DNA from: Actinomycetota bacterium
GTDB lineage: Bacteria > Actinomycetota > UBA4738 > CALAEC01
DNA: 64,000 bases
NCBI GenBank assembly: GCA_036001425.1
Contig: DASYUI010000038.1
Location: forward strand, 8,139-72,138
Direction: 5' to 3'
Shown: positions 20,311-28,909 of the stretch, one piece after another
How positions within the stretch are numbered: the first letter of the stretch is position 1
Layout of the letters: the number at the start of each line of letters is the position of its first letter
Made by a program: the position numbers and the translations under genes
The notes under the pieces: generated by a model
The model's database searches: none
What the model saw: only the letters and a program-made list of their open reading frames with translations
What the model was told of the DNA's origin: nothing

Positions 20311-20631
20311 TCCTCTTCTCCTCTCCCCTGGAACGCGAAACGCCCCGTCCCGCTTCGGGGACGGGGCGCGGCCCCGCGGTACCACCCCGCTTGACGGCGC
20401 CTCGCGGTGCCGCCCACTCACGGCTCGCCCGGGGAACGCCCCCGGAGGAACTCCCGCTGTCACGGGCGGACCCGTCCGTCCCTACCAGTCGTCCGGGCGC
20501 AAGATACGCCCCCCGCGTTCGGGACGGCGGCTCGGGGAGGATCTTCGGAGGGATTCCGCCACCGGGCTTCCACCGACCCCGGCTCGCTCGGGCGGGACGA
20601 CCTCCTACTCGTTCCCTTCGTCGCCTTTCAA
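20311..20631 (-). promoter_or_regulatory. T-box riboswitch leader of ileS
   Basis: Minus strand reads AAGCGGGGUGGUACCGCG (revcomp of 20375-20392), matching the T-box consensus. An alternative 11-bp hairpin lies at 20341-20368. AUC candidates exist upstream. The 5' boundary is inferred from the TACAAT -10. Confidence 0.8.
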
Positions 20632-20637
20632 AGAGGG

Positions 20638-20643
20638 ATTGTA
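20638..20643 (-). promoter_or_regulatory. Candidate -10 element (TACAAT) for the ileS leader transcript
   Basis: Revcomp of ATTGTA at 20638-20643. No convincing -35. The -35 region is occupied by a tandem CCCGGGGGGT decamer. Confidence 0.3.
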
Positions 20644-20649
20644 TGCCAG

Positions 20650-20669
20650 CCCGGGGGGTCCCGGGGGGT
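20650..20669. repeat. Perfect tandem decamer CCCGGGGGGT x2
   Basis: Read directly: 20650-20659 and 20660-20669 are identical. Each unit contains a CCCGGG palindrome. Confidence 0.9.
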
Positions 20670-20736
20670 AGCTCGCCCGAAGTGGAGAAATCGTCACCAC
20701 CACCGAGCGAGCGAACCCCCGACGGGATTGGGTCCG

Positions 20737-20765
20737 TTGCGAGGATATGGACCCCGTGCTAGGGT
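20737..20765 (+). promoter_or_regulatory. Promoter candidate TTGCGA-17 nt-TAGGGT, 9 nt upstream of the ATG (near-leaderless)
   Basis: TTGCGA at 20737-20742 and TAGGGT at 20760-20765. ATG at 20775 with no SD in between. Confidence 0.35.
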
Positions 20766-20774
20766 CCGCGCGCC

Positions 20775-21170
20775 ATGCCCACCACCAAGACCCCCTTCAC
20801 GAAGCAGGAGCTGGCACAGATGAAGAGGGGGCTCCTCGAGGAACGCGCCGAACTGGAGCGTCAGTACCAGGAGATCGAACAGGCATCGTTCGGTAGCGGC
20901 CAGTCCGAGATGTCCGGGGAGATCTCGTCGTTCGACGAGGAATACGCGGACGCGGGGACGGACACCTTCGAGCGCGAGCGGGACCTGTCGCTCTCCAACA
21001 ACATCCGCGATCTCCTGGTCAAGATCGACCGAGCCCTCGACCGGATCGAAAGGGGGAGCTACGGCCTCTGCGAGCGCTGCGGCCGTCCGATCGAGAAGGC
21101 CAGGTTGAAGGCCCTCCCCTACGCCACGCTCTGCGTCAAGGACAAGCAGGCCGAAGAGCGATTCCGCTGA
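20775..21170 (+). CDS. TraR/DksA family C4-type zinc-finger protein
   Basis: C-terminal CERCGRPIEKARLKALPYATLC zinc-finger pattern after a coiled-coil region. Upstream of lspA, as commonly seen in Actinobacteria. Confidence 0.8.
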   Translation: MPTTKTPFTKQELAQMKRGLLEERAELERQYQEIEQASFGSGQSEMSGEISSFDEEYADAGTDTFERERDLSLSNNIRDLLVKIDRALDRIERGSYGLCERCGRPIEKARLKALPYATLCVKDKQAEERFR

Positions 21171-21175
21171 GGGCC

Positions 21176-21700
21176 GTGCGCCCGCGCCTTCCGCTCTTGC
21201 TGTACTCCGCCGCCGCCGTGATCTACGCCCTCGATCGGATCACGAAGGTCCTCGCCGAGCAGCGCCTCCGAGGCCGCCCTCCGGTGGAGATCGTCCCCGG
21301 CGTGGTGCAACTGCGCTTCACCACCAACCCGGGCGGGGCGTTCGGCCTGTTCGGAGGGGCGGCTTGGCTCTTCATCCTGGCCAGCCTGGTCGTCATCGTG
21401 GCTGTGATCGTGAGCTCGCGCCGATTGCCCTCGGCGCTGGCGGCCGTGTCGCTCGGTTTCGTGTTGGGCGGGGCCCTGGGGAACTTGACAGACCGCGTCA
21501 TCCGAGGTCCAGGCTTCGCCGGCGAGGTGGTCGACTTCATCGACTTCCAGGTGTGGCCGGTGTTCAACCTGGCCGACTCGGCGATCGTGGTCGGGGCGGC
21601 TCTGCTGTTGCTGGCGAGCTTCCGCCGTGAGTCCGATGGGCGCGAGCAAGCGCCCAGCGAACCGCGAAGAGGGCCCAGGCCCGGGGCCGAGCCACCCTAG
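21176..21700 (+). CDS. lspA: Lipoprotein signal peptidase II
   Basis: Motifs NPGGAFG, GNLTDR and FNLADS. Four-TM profile. Confidence 0.88.
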   Translation: MRPRLPLLLYSAAAVIYALDRITKVLAEQRLRGRPPVEIVPGVVQLRFTTNPGGAFGLFGGAAWLFILASLVVIVAVIVSSRRLPSALAAVSLGFVLGGALGNLTDRVIRGPGFAGEVVDFIDFQVWPVFNLADSAIVVGAALLLLASFRRESDGREQAPSEPRRGPRPGAEPP

Positions 21701-21702
21701 CC

Positions 21703-22596
21703 GTGGCCCGATTCGAGGCGCTCGCACGACCGGGGCGACTGGATGCGGTGCTCGCGGAGCTCCTGGGCGTCCCTCGGGCTGACATCCAGCGGGCCATCGC
21801 TCAGGGCCGGGTTCGGGTGGATGGCACTCCAAGGCCGAAGTCCTTTCGGCTGGCCGGAGGGGAGCACATCGAAGGCGACCTGGAGGAGCCCGGGGAGCTC
21901 GAGCCCGAGGCGGGTGGCGTGCCCATCAGGTATCAGGACGACCACTTGCTGGTGGCGGCGAAGCCGGCCGGGATGCTCACCCATCCCACCAAGTCCACGC
22001 GCACGGGCACACTCGTGAATCGTCTCCTCGGCATGGGGGTCCCTCTGTCTCGGGGCAGCGACCCCGACCGCCCGGGGATCGTCCATCGCCTGGACGTGGG
22101 GACCTCGGGCCTCCTGCTCGTGGCGAAGGACGACCGAACCCACAACGAGCTCGTCCGCATGCTGGCCGCCCGCGAGGTCCGACGGGAGTACCTGGCGCTC
22201 GTCCGCGGAAGTCCCGCCCACGACCGATTCGGGGTGGAGGCGCCCCTCGGGCGGCGCCGCGCCCGAGTCAGCGTCCAGCGGACCGCGGGGGTGGAGGCGG
22301 TCACCGACTTCGAGGTTCGCCAACGGCTGCCGTCCTCGACGTTGCTCGTGGCCCGGCCGCGGACCGGGCGAACCCACCAGATCCGAGTACACGCGGCCTC
22401 GCTCGGCCACCCGATCCTGGGCGACCGGGCGTACGGCGGCGGGGGCGACGAGGCCCGGCGAGTCGGCTTGAGCCGCCCGTTCCTCCATGCCTGGAGGCTC
22501 TCGCTCCGCCACCCCATCACCGGCCAGCCACTCGAGATCGAGGAGCCCCTTCCCCAAGACCTGGCGGAGGCGCTCGACCGGGCGAGGGTCAGCTGA
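21703..22596 (+). CDS. rluD: RluA-family 23S rRNA pseudouridine synthase (RluD-like)
   Basis: S4-like N-terminus, catalytic HRLDVGTSGLLLVAK and GRTHQIRVH motifs. Confidence 0.85.
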   Translation: MARFEALARPGRLDAVLAELLGVPRADIQRAIAQGRVRVDGTPRPKSFRLAGGEHIEGDLEEPGELEPEAGGVPIRYQDDHLLVAAKPAGMLTHPTKSTRTGTLVNRLLGMGVPLSRGSDPDRPGIVHRLDVGTSGLLLVAKDDRTHNELVRMLAAREVRREYLALVRGSPAHDRFGVEAPLGRRRARVSVQRTAGVEAVTDFEVRQRLPSSTLLVARPRTGRTHQIRVHAASLGHPILGDRAYGGGGDEARRVGLSRPFLHAWRLSLRHPITGQPLEIEEPLPQDLAEALDRARVS

Positions 22597-22676
22597 GGCC
22601 CGAGCCGACGCGGCGCGAGGGCGGCAAGGGGCAGGGGCGAGCGAGACCTGGCCGAGGGCTCAGGGGTTCGGTCGGC

Positions 22677-23792
22677 CTATCGGCGGGCCCGGTCGCCATC
22701 CTGGAGGTAGAGGGCCTTGGTCGTCCGGACCTCCTCGCGCGATGCGAGGAGCGCGTCCTCCACGTCCGGCGGGAGCGCCCGGCTCTCGATAAGCCGATGC
22801 AGCGCCTGGGGATCGACCATCAGGATCGACTCGTAGAGGCCCAGCGGCTCGAGAACCTCCCGCACGGCCTCCGGACGGGGCGCCGTCTCCACCCGCTCGA
22901 CGACCTTGATGGCGCCGTCGCTGCCGTACAGCCGCCGGAACCCGTGCTCCTCCGCGTAGGCCTTGATGATTGCGGCCAGCTCCTCCAACCGTCGCCACCG
23001 GGCCCGGTCCTCCCGCTTGAGGGCGATCCACTGGTCAACGATCTCCGCCATACGGGGGGCGGAATCCCGCTCCTGCTGGTGCCGGAACAGCGGGCAGATG
23101 TGTTGGAAGTCGCACCAGTTGCACAGCGGGTTCTCCCGAGGCTCGAACCGCGCCAGGTCGATCCGCTCGGCCACCGTGGCGATCCGCCGCTTCAGGTCGT
23201 CGGCGTCCTGCGAGGTTCGGGTCGTCGACATGCGCTCCCCGGGGAGCAAGAAGTAGAGGGTCAGGCGCTCCGGCTCTATCCCCCACACCTCGCGGGCGGC
23301 CAGGTAGTAGATGGAGAGCTGGAGGTCGCGGTCGATGAGGCTTCGCGCCGGGAGCCGCCGGTTCGTCTTGTAGTCGATGATCTCGTACCCACCGCCAGGG
23401 AGCCGGTCCATCCGGTCGATGACCCCTGAGAGCGTCACGCCCTCGACTTCGACGTGGAACCGGAACTCCAGCGCCGCCGGGATCCGGTACTCCTCGGCGT
23501 TGGCCCGGTAGTACTGTGCCAGGACCGTCCGGGCGTGCTCGTGATACAGGCGCTCCTCCGAGGGGTCCGTGAACCCGTCACCGACCCACTCGTCGTCCAG
23601 GAACGCCCACAGCTCCTCGAGCGACGGAGCCACCGGCACGGGGCGGTCGTGGAACCGGTAAAGCGCCCGGTGCAGGCTGTCCCCGAACGCGAGGGCGGGG
23701 GAGGAGCCCGTCGGCACCCGCTCCTCGTACTGGTAGCGGTACTTCGCCGGGCAGGTCTCGTAAGTATTGATGCTCGAGTACGAGAGTCTCAC
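22677..23792 (-). CDS. PD-(D/E)XK nuclease, Cas4/AddB-like Fe-S type, with an extra C-terminal domain
   Basis: N-terminal Cys (YETCPAKY) plus CNWCDFQHIC cluster. Nuclease core IDRMD...EIIDYK. Start set to GTG 23792 (AGAGGG 5 nt upstream). The remainder of the 845-aa track ORF is antisense to dnaE. Confidence 0.75.
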   Translation of the reverse strand: MRLSYSSINTYETCPAKYRYQYEERVPTGSSPALAFGDSLHRALYRFHDRPVPVAPSLEELWAFLDDEWVGDGFTDPSEERLYHEHARTVLAQYYRANAEEYRIPAALEFRFHVEVEGVTLSGVIDRMDRLPGGGYEIIDYKTNRRLPARSLIDRDLQLSIYYLAAREVWGIEPERLTLYFLLPGERMSTTRTSQDADDLKRRIATVAERIDLARFEPRENPLCNWCDFQHICPLFRHQQERDSAPRMAEIVDQWIALKREDRARWRRLEELAAIIKAYAEEHGFRRLYGSDGAIKVVERVETAPRPEAVREVLEPLGLYESILMVDPQALHRLIESRALPPDVEDALLASREEVRTTKALYLQDGDRARR

Positions 23793-23842
23793 CAGGGCCC
23801 TCTGTTCAAAACGGTTTCCACACCTGTGGACAAATCTCAAGC

Positions 23843-23872
23843 TTGTAATTCGTCCTGGGGTCAGACTATACT
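23843..23872 (+). promoter_or_regulatory. Promoter candidate for dnaE (TTGTAA-18 nt-TATACT)
   Basis: TTGTAA at 23843-23848 and TATACT at 23867-23872, in the AT-richer 120-bp divergent spacer. Confidence 0.4.
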
Positions 23873-23912
23873 CCCGGTCCGACAGCTTCAAGACCCTTCC
23901 CCACCAGGGCAC

Positions 23913-26900
23913 ATGGGACGAACGAGCTTCGTTCACCTTCATACGCACACCGAGTTCTCCCTGCTCGACGGGGCTTCTCGCATCGGCGAGCTGTTCCAGA
24001 AGGTGGCGGGGTTCGGGATGCCGGCGCTCGCCGCCACCGACCACGGGGCCATGTTCGGGGCCCTGGACTTCTACCAGGCCGGGCGCGACATCGGCGTCAA
24101 GCCCATCCTGGGCGTCGAGGCGTACGTGGCCCCGCGGTCCCGCTTCGACCGCACCCCCGGCGAGAACGACGAGAACTACCGGCACCTCACCATCCTGGCC
24201 AAGGATGAGACCGGCTACCGGAACCTCCTTCGCCTCGTCACCGACGCGCACCTTGAGGGCTTCTATCACCGGCCCCGGATCGACAAGGAGCTGCTGGCGG
24301 AGCGGTCGTCCGGGCTGATCGGGCTTTCCGGCTGCCTGGCCGGGGAGATCTGCCGCCTGCTCCTCGCCGGGCAGGAGCGGAAAGCCCGGGAGGTGGCCGC
24401 CGGCTACCGGGATCTCTTCGGCCCCGGCGGCTTCTACATCGAGCTTCAGGACCACGGGCTGGCAGAGCAGCGCCAGGTGACGCCACCGCTCGTGAAGCTG
24501 GCCAAGGATCTCGGCATCCCACTCGTGGCTACCAACGACGTCCACTACACGGAGAAGGCCCACGCGCGGGCGCACGACGTCCTGTTGTGCATCCAGCAAC
24601 CCGGAAAGGTCCTGGCCGACACCGACCGGCTCAAGTTCGACACCGAGGAGTTCTACGTGAAGTCCGCGGAGGAGATGCGTGAGGTCTTTCGCGACTTTCC
24701 CGAAGCCTGCGATGCCACGCTGCAGATCGCCGAGGCCTGCGAGCTGGAGCTCCGGTTCGGAGAGCACCACCTTCCCCGGTTCGACCCCCCGGAGGGAAAG
24801 GATCGAGACACCTACCTTCGGGAGCTGGTCCACGAAGGCGTTCGACGCCGGTACGGCGAGCCGGCCAACGGCCTCCGAGGCCGTGTCGAACACGAGCTCG
24901 ACATCATCGGCCGGATGGGCTTCGCCGGATACTTCCTCATCGTCTGGGACGTCATCCGGTTCGCCCGGGAGCAGGGGATCCGGGTGGGGCCGGGCCGAGG
25001 GTCCGCCGCCGGCTCGGTGGTCTCCTACTCCCTCGGGATCACCGACATCGACCCGCTCCGATACGGCCTGATCTTCGAGCGGTTCCTCAATCCCGAGCGC
25101 AAACAGATGCCCGACATCGACATGGACTTCGACGAGCGCCGCCGGGACGAGGTCATCCGGTACGTGGCCGAGCGATACGGCCGCGACCACGTGGCTCAGA
25201 TCATCACGTTCCAAACGATCAAGGGGAAGCAGGGGATACGGGACGCCGCCCGGGTGCTCGGCTACCCGGCGTCCGTTGCCGACCGCATCGCCAAGATGTA
25301 CCCACCGGCCTTGCTTGGCCGGGAGTACCGGATCGAGAAGGCCCTCGAGCTCTCACCGGAGCTGCGCGAGGCGTACGGCAACGAGCCGGAGACCAAGCAG
25401 ATCGTGGACACCGCCCGGGCGCTCGAGGGCTTGCGCCGGGAAGACTCGGTCCACGCCGCCGGCGTGGTGATCGGGGACGCCCCGCTGGTCAGCTACATGC
25501 CGCTCAAGCTGTCAAAGGACTCCCGCGACGACTCGCGCCGGATCGTCACCCAATTCGACATGCACGGGGTGGAGAAGCTCGGCCTGCTCAAGATGGACTT
25601 TCTCGGCCTGCGGACCCTGTCCGTGATCGAGGACAGCGTGCGCATCCTGAGGGAGCGGGGCGTGAGCCTGGACATCGACCATGTTCCCCTCGACGACCAG
25701 GCGGCCTACGAGATGCTCTGCCGGGGCGACACCACCGGCATCTTCCAGCTCGAGGGCGGGGGGATGCGCGCCCTGATCAAGCAGCTCCAGCCGAACCGCT
25801 TCGAAGACCTCATGGCCCTGGTGGCCCTGTACCGCCCCGGCCCCCTCAGCGCGGGGATGCACGTGGAGTACGCGGAGCGGAAACACGGACGGAAGCCCGT
25901 GGCGTACCCCCACCCCGACCTCGAACCGGTGCTCCGAGACACCTACGGCGTCCTGGTCTACCAGGAGCAGGTGATGGAGATCGCCGTCCGGCTGGCGGGA
26001 TACTCGATGGGCGAGGCTGACCTGCTCCGCAAGGCCATGGGGAAGAAGATCCGGGAAGAGTTGATCCCGCACCGGGAGAAGTTCGTGGAGGGGGCAGCGG
26101 CTCGGGGCTACTCGCGGAATCTCGCTGAGGACGTCTTCGACCTCATCGTCCCGTTCGCCGACTACGGGTTCAACGCGTCCCATGCCTGCGGGTACGCCCT
26201 CGTGGCGTATCAGACCGCGTACCTCAAGGCGCACCATCCCGTGGAATACATGGCCGCCCTCCTCACCAGCGTGAAGGACGACAAGGACAAGAAGCCCTTC
26301 TACCTGAACGCCTGCCGGCTGATGGGCATCCGGGTGCTCCCTCCGGACGTGAACGCGTCCGACATGGACTTCACCCCGACGGACGGCGACATCCGGTACG
26401 GGTTATCAGCGGTCCGAAATGTGGGTTCCGGAGTGGTGGCCCAGGTCACGGAGGCCCGCCAGTCCAAGGGAGCGTTCACCTCGTTTCCCGACTTCTGCCG
26501 GAAGGTCGATCCGGGGGCGCTGCACAAGAAGGTGCTGGAGAGCCTCATCCTTTCGGGGGCCTTCGAGTCGATGGGGTACGCGCGGCGGGCGCTGTTCGAG
26601 GGCTACGACAAGGTGGCCGGGCCCATCGTGGCGGAGCGCCGAGCCGAGGCCGCCGGGCAGTTCTCCCTGTTCGGTGGGGGTCGGGGAGCGGGGCACGAGA
26701 TCGACGAGTCCGTGCTGCAGGGACCGGAGTTCGAGAAGCCCGAGCTCCTGAAGCACGAGAAGGAGATGCTGGGGCAGTGGGTCACCGACCACCCCCTCCT
26801 GGCCGTGCGGGGCCGCCTCGAGGCCCAGACCGACCTGGAGATCGTGGAGCTCCCCTCGCTTGGAGACGGGGACGTGGTCACGGTGGGCGGGGTGATCACC

Positions 26901-27404
26901 ACCCTGGCCCGGCGGTACACGAAGAAGGGTGAGCCGTACGTCCTGTTCCGGGTGGAGGACCTCGCCGGGGGGGTTCAGGTCGTCGGGTTCCCGAGCCTGT
27001 ACGAGAAGGCGGAGGCGCTCCTCCGTCCCGACGCCATCGTCCTGGTCAAGGGGAGGGTGGACCTCCGGGGCCGGGAGCTCCAGATCTTGGGGATGGAGAT
27101 CCGGGAGCTGGGGACCGAGGAGGGGCCCGCCCCAAGGGATCCGGGTGACCCGGTATTGCTCGAGATGCCCGTCCGGCAGTGCGTCAACGGGATGGTGGTC
27201 CGCCTGAAGGAGGTCCTGGCCTCTCATCCGGGAGAGGTGCCGGTGGTGCTGCGCCTGTTCTCGGACGGAGCGCGCGCCGACGGTGGGCACCGGACCACGC
27301 TCCGCCTCGGCGACGGATACCGAGTGGACGCCTCCGCTGGCCTGCTGGCCGAGCTCCGGACCCTCCTGGGCGCCGAGGCCGTCCGGATGGTGAGCCGGGT
27401 CTAG
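23913..27404 (+). CDS. dnaE: DNA polymerase III alpha subunit (DnaE1 type)
   Basis: PHP domain start FVHLHTHTEFSLLDGA, Pol III alpha core and C-terminal OB region. About 1163 aa from ATG 23913. The track start 23454 is antisense to the nuclease gene. Confidence 0.95.
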   Translation: MGRTSFVHLHTHTEFSLLDGASRIGELFQKVAGFGMPALAATDHGAMFGALDFYQAGRDIGVKPILGVEAYVAPRSRFDRTPGENDENYRHLTILAKDETGYRNLLRLVTDAHLEGFYHRPRIDKELLAERSSGLIGLSGCLAGEICRLLLAGQERKAREVAAGYRDLFGPGGFYIELQDHGLAEQRQVTPPLVKLAKDLGIPLVATNDVHYTEKAHARAHDVLLCIQQPGKVLADTDRLKFDTEEFYVKSAEEMREVFRDFPEACDATLQIAEACELELRFGEHHLPRFDPPEGKDRDTYLRELVHEGVRRRYGEPANGLRGRVEHELDIIGRMGFAGYFLIVWDVIRFAREQGIRVGPGRGSAAGSVVSYSLGITDIDPLRYGLIFERFLNPERKQMPDIDMDFDERRRDEVIRYVAERYGRDHVAQIITFQTIKGKQGIRDAARVLGYPASVADRIAKMYPPALLGREYRIEKALELSPELREAYGNEPETKQIVDTARALEGLRREDSVHAAGVVIGDAPLVSYMPLKLSKDSRDDSRRIVTQFDMHGVEKLGLLKMDFLGLRTLSVIEDSVRILRERGVSLDIDHVPLDDQAAYEMLCRGDTTGIFQLEGGGMRALIKQLQPNRFEDLMALVALYRPGPLSAGMHVEYAERKHGRKPVAYPHPDLEPVLRDTYGVLVYQEQVMEIAVRLAGYSMGEADLLRKAMGKKIREELIPHREKFVEGAAARGYSRNLAEDVFDLIVPFADYGFNASHACGYALVAYQTAYLKAHHPVEYMAALLTSVKDDKDKKPFYLNACRLMGIRVLPPDVNASDMDFTPTDGDIRYGLSAVRNVGSGVVAQVTEARQSKGAFTSFPDFCRKVDPGALHKKVLESLILSGAFESMGYARRALFEGYDKVAGPIVAERRAEAAGQFSLFGGGRGAGHEIDESVLQGPEFEKPELLKHEKEMLGQWVTDHPLLAVRGRLEAQTDLEIVELPSLGDGDVVTVGGVITTLARRYTKKGEPYVLFRVEDLAGGVQVVGFPSLYEKAEALLRPDAIVLVKGRVDLRGRELQILGMEIRELGTEEGPAPRDPGDPVLLEMPVRQCVNGMVVRLKEVLASHPGEVPVVLRLFSDGARADGGHRTTLRLGDGYRVDASAGLLAELRTLLGAEAVRMVSRV

Positions 27405-27414
27405 ACTGGGCGGC

Positions 27415-28017
27415 TCAGCCTTCCCCCTCCCGGCGTCGTCGCAACGCCTCGAGAAGACTGGCCTCGCGGGCCAGGGACCGAGCGACCTGGTGGAGCCGTT
27501 CGGACGTGCCCGGCATCTCGAGGTACGCCTGCCGGTCCGGGACCAAGCCGGGGGCTACACGGGCCAGGGCGTACGAGACTGCCACGGCGTCATCCGGGAG
27601 CTCGAGGTCCGTGGGCTGGTCGCCCATCGAGGAGAGGTACTTTCTGGCCGCCTCCGCGGCCATGGCGACGAGCGCCGGATCTCCCTCGTCGGCCTCCGCG
27701 AACGGCTCGACGGACCATCGGGGATAGGGGTGGTCTGACAGGAGGTCGATGAGACGAACCCGCCCGACCGCCGTGGCCTCCAGCTCGTACCGTCCGTCGT
27801 CGAATCGCCTGTGTTCGAGCGGTTCGGCCGCCACCCCCACTGCGTAGGGCTCGTAGGGACCTCCCACCTCCCGGCCGGTCCGGATGGCCACCACGGCGAA
27901 CCGCCCGTCCGGCAAGACGTCGGCCATCATCCGTCGGTATCGCTCCTCGAACACGTGCAGCCGGAGGGACTGTCCCGGATACAGGACGGTGTGGAGAGCG
28001 AACACGGGGAGTTCCAC
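27415..28017 (-). CDS. LON N-terminal (substrate-binding) domain-only protein
   Basis: LPVFALHTVLYPGQSLRLHVFEERYRRM is typical of the Lon N-domain. About 200 aa from GTG 28017. The rest of the 681-aa track ORF is antisense to membrane-protein genes. Confidence 0.75.
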   Translation of the reverse strand: MELPVFALHTVLYPGQSLRLHVFEERYRRMMADVLPDGRFAVVAIRTGREVGGPYEPYAVGVAAEPLEHRRFDDGRYELEATAVGRVRLIDLLSDHPYPRWSVEPFAEADEGDPALVAMAAEAARKYLSSMGDQPTDLELPDDAVAVSYALARVAPGLVPDRQAYLEMPGTSERLHQVARSLAREASLLEALRRRREGEG

Positions 28018-28110
28018 GGGGTTGGATGGTAGTGGAGGAGCACGAGCCCCACCTCGTTGACGAGGGTCATACCGCCGTCCAGAATGGGCCGACCGCTCCG
28101 GGGGAGGACC

Positions 28111-28869
28111 ATGGAACAGCAGCCCCACACCGAGCCGACCACCCCCTCGAGGGTCTCTCCACCGGCCGGCGCCATCGTGGCCGGGATCGGCGGGCTCCTG
28201 ACGCTCGTCGGCGTGTTCCTGCATTGGGCCAGGCTCACTTCCACACTGGAGGGCGGACAGTTCGCGGGCCAGCAGTTCGGCCCGGCGAGCCAGAGCGTGG
28301 GCGCCACCGGCATCTCGCACTGGACCGGGATCCTCGCACTGGTTGCGGGGCTCGTGGCGGTGGCTGCCGCCATCGCCATCGTGGTCCTCCAGGACCCCGG
28401 GACCCGCCGGATGGCCGCCATGGCGGCGGCCGGCGGCGGAACCCTGGCGCTGCTCATGGCGATCCTGGGCATCGTGATGAGCGAGTCCATCGCCCTCGGC
28501 GACGTTCCCGGAGGAAAACAGGCCCTCGATTTCGCCCGACAGTTCGCCGAACAGCTCGGCGTGGAAGGCTTCGGGATCGACACGGGGCCGGCCATGGGGG
28601 TGTTCGTGACCGCGATGGGTGGTGCCCTCGCCGCCGGGGGTGGGTTCATTGCCCTCCGTGGCGGTCCGGTGGTGGTGGGCCGTGCCCAGGAGCCGCCACC
28701 CGCCGGCACCGGCTTCGAGGCTCCCTCCAGGCCCCCGGGGCCCCAGCCGACGGTTCCCCCCGAGCCTCCATCGGCCACAGGGCCCGGGGGGCCAAGCCAG
28801 GCGGGGGGAGAGACGACTCCCGAGCCGCCCCCAGGCGACGCCAAGAAGTCCGGCGAGACCACCGCGTAG
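28111..28869 (+). CDS. Hypothetical 4-TM membrane protein with proline-rich C-terminal tail
   Basis: ATG 28111 preceded by GGGGGAGGA. Four hydrophobic segments. Tail PPPAGTGFEAPSRPPGPQPTVPPEPP. Confidence 0.6.
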   Translation: MEQQPHTEPTTPSRVSPPAGAIVAGIGGLLTLVGVFLHWARLTSTLEGGQFAGQQFGPASQSVGATGISHWTGILALVAGLVAVAAAIAIVVLQDPGTRRMAAMAAAGGGTLALLMAILGIVMSESIALGDVPGGKQALDFARQFAEQLGVEGFGIDTGPAMGVFVTAMGGALAAGGGFIALRGGPVVVGRAQEPPPAGTGFEAPSRPPGPQPTVPPEPPSATGPGGPSQAGGETTPEPPPGDAKKSGETTA

Positions 28870-28909
28870 CCGATCGGCCGGCCCGGCCGCCACGAGAGGG
28901 AGGGTTCGT

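Noticed and set aside
20311-20463. 5' 51 codons of the track's 1107-aa ileS ORF
   Set aside because: This segment covers the T-box motif, the terminator-like hairpin and the SD. Homology-like sequence begins at VPGYRPVDPKV (GTG 20310).
23920-23934. Palindrome GAACGA-gct-TCGTTC as a possible LexA/SOS box at dnaE
   Set aside because: The GAAC/GTTC half-sites are spaced N7, not the N4 of the Gram-positive/actinobacterial SOS box. The site lies inside codons 3-7 of dnaE (RTSFV). I treat it as coincidental.
23793-25214. N-terminal ~470 aa of the 845-aa minus-strand ORF. Similarly 23454-23912 of the dnaE ORF.
   Set aside because: These are antisense to dnaE (or, for 23454-23912, to the nuclease gene). 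The real proteins start at GTG 23792 and ATG 23913, separated by an AT-richer promoter spacer.
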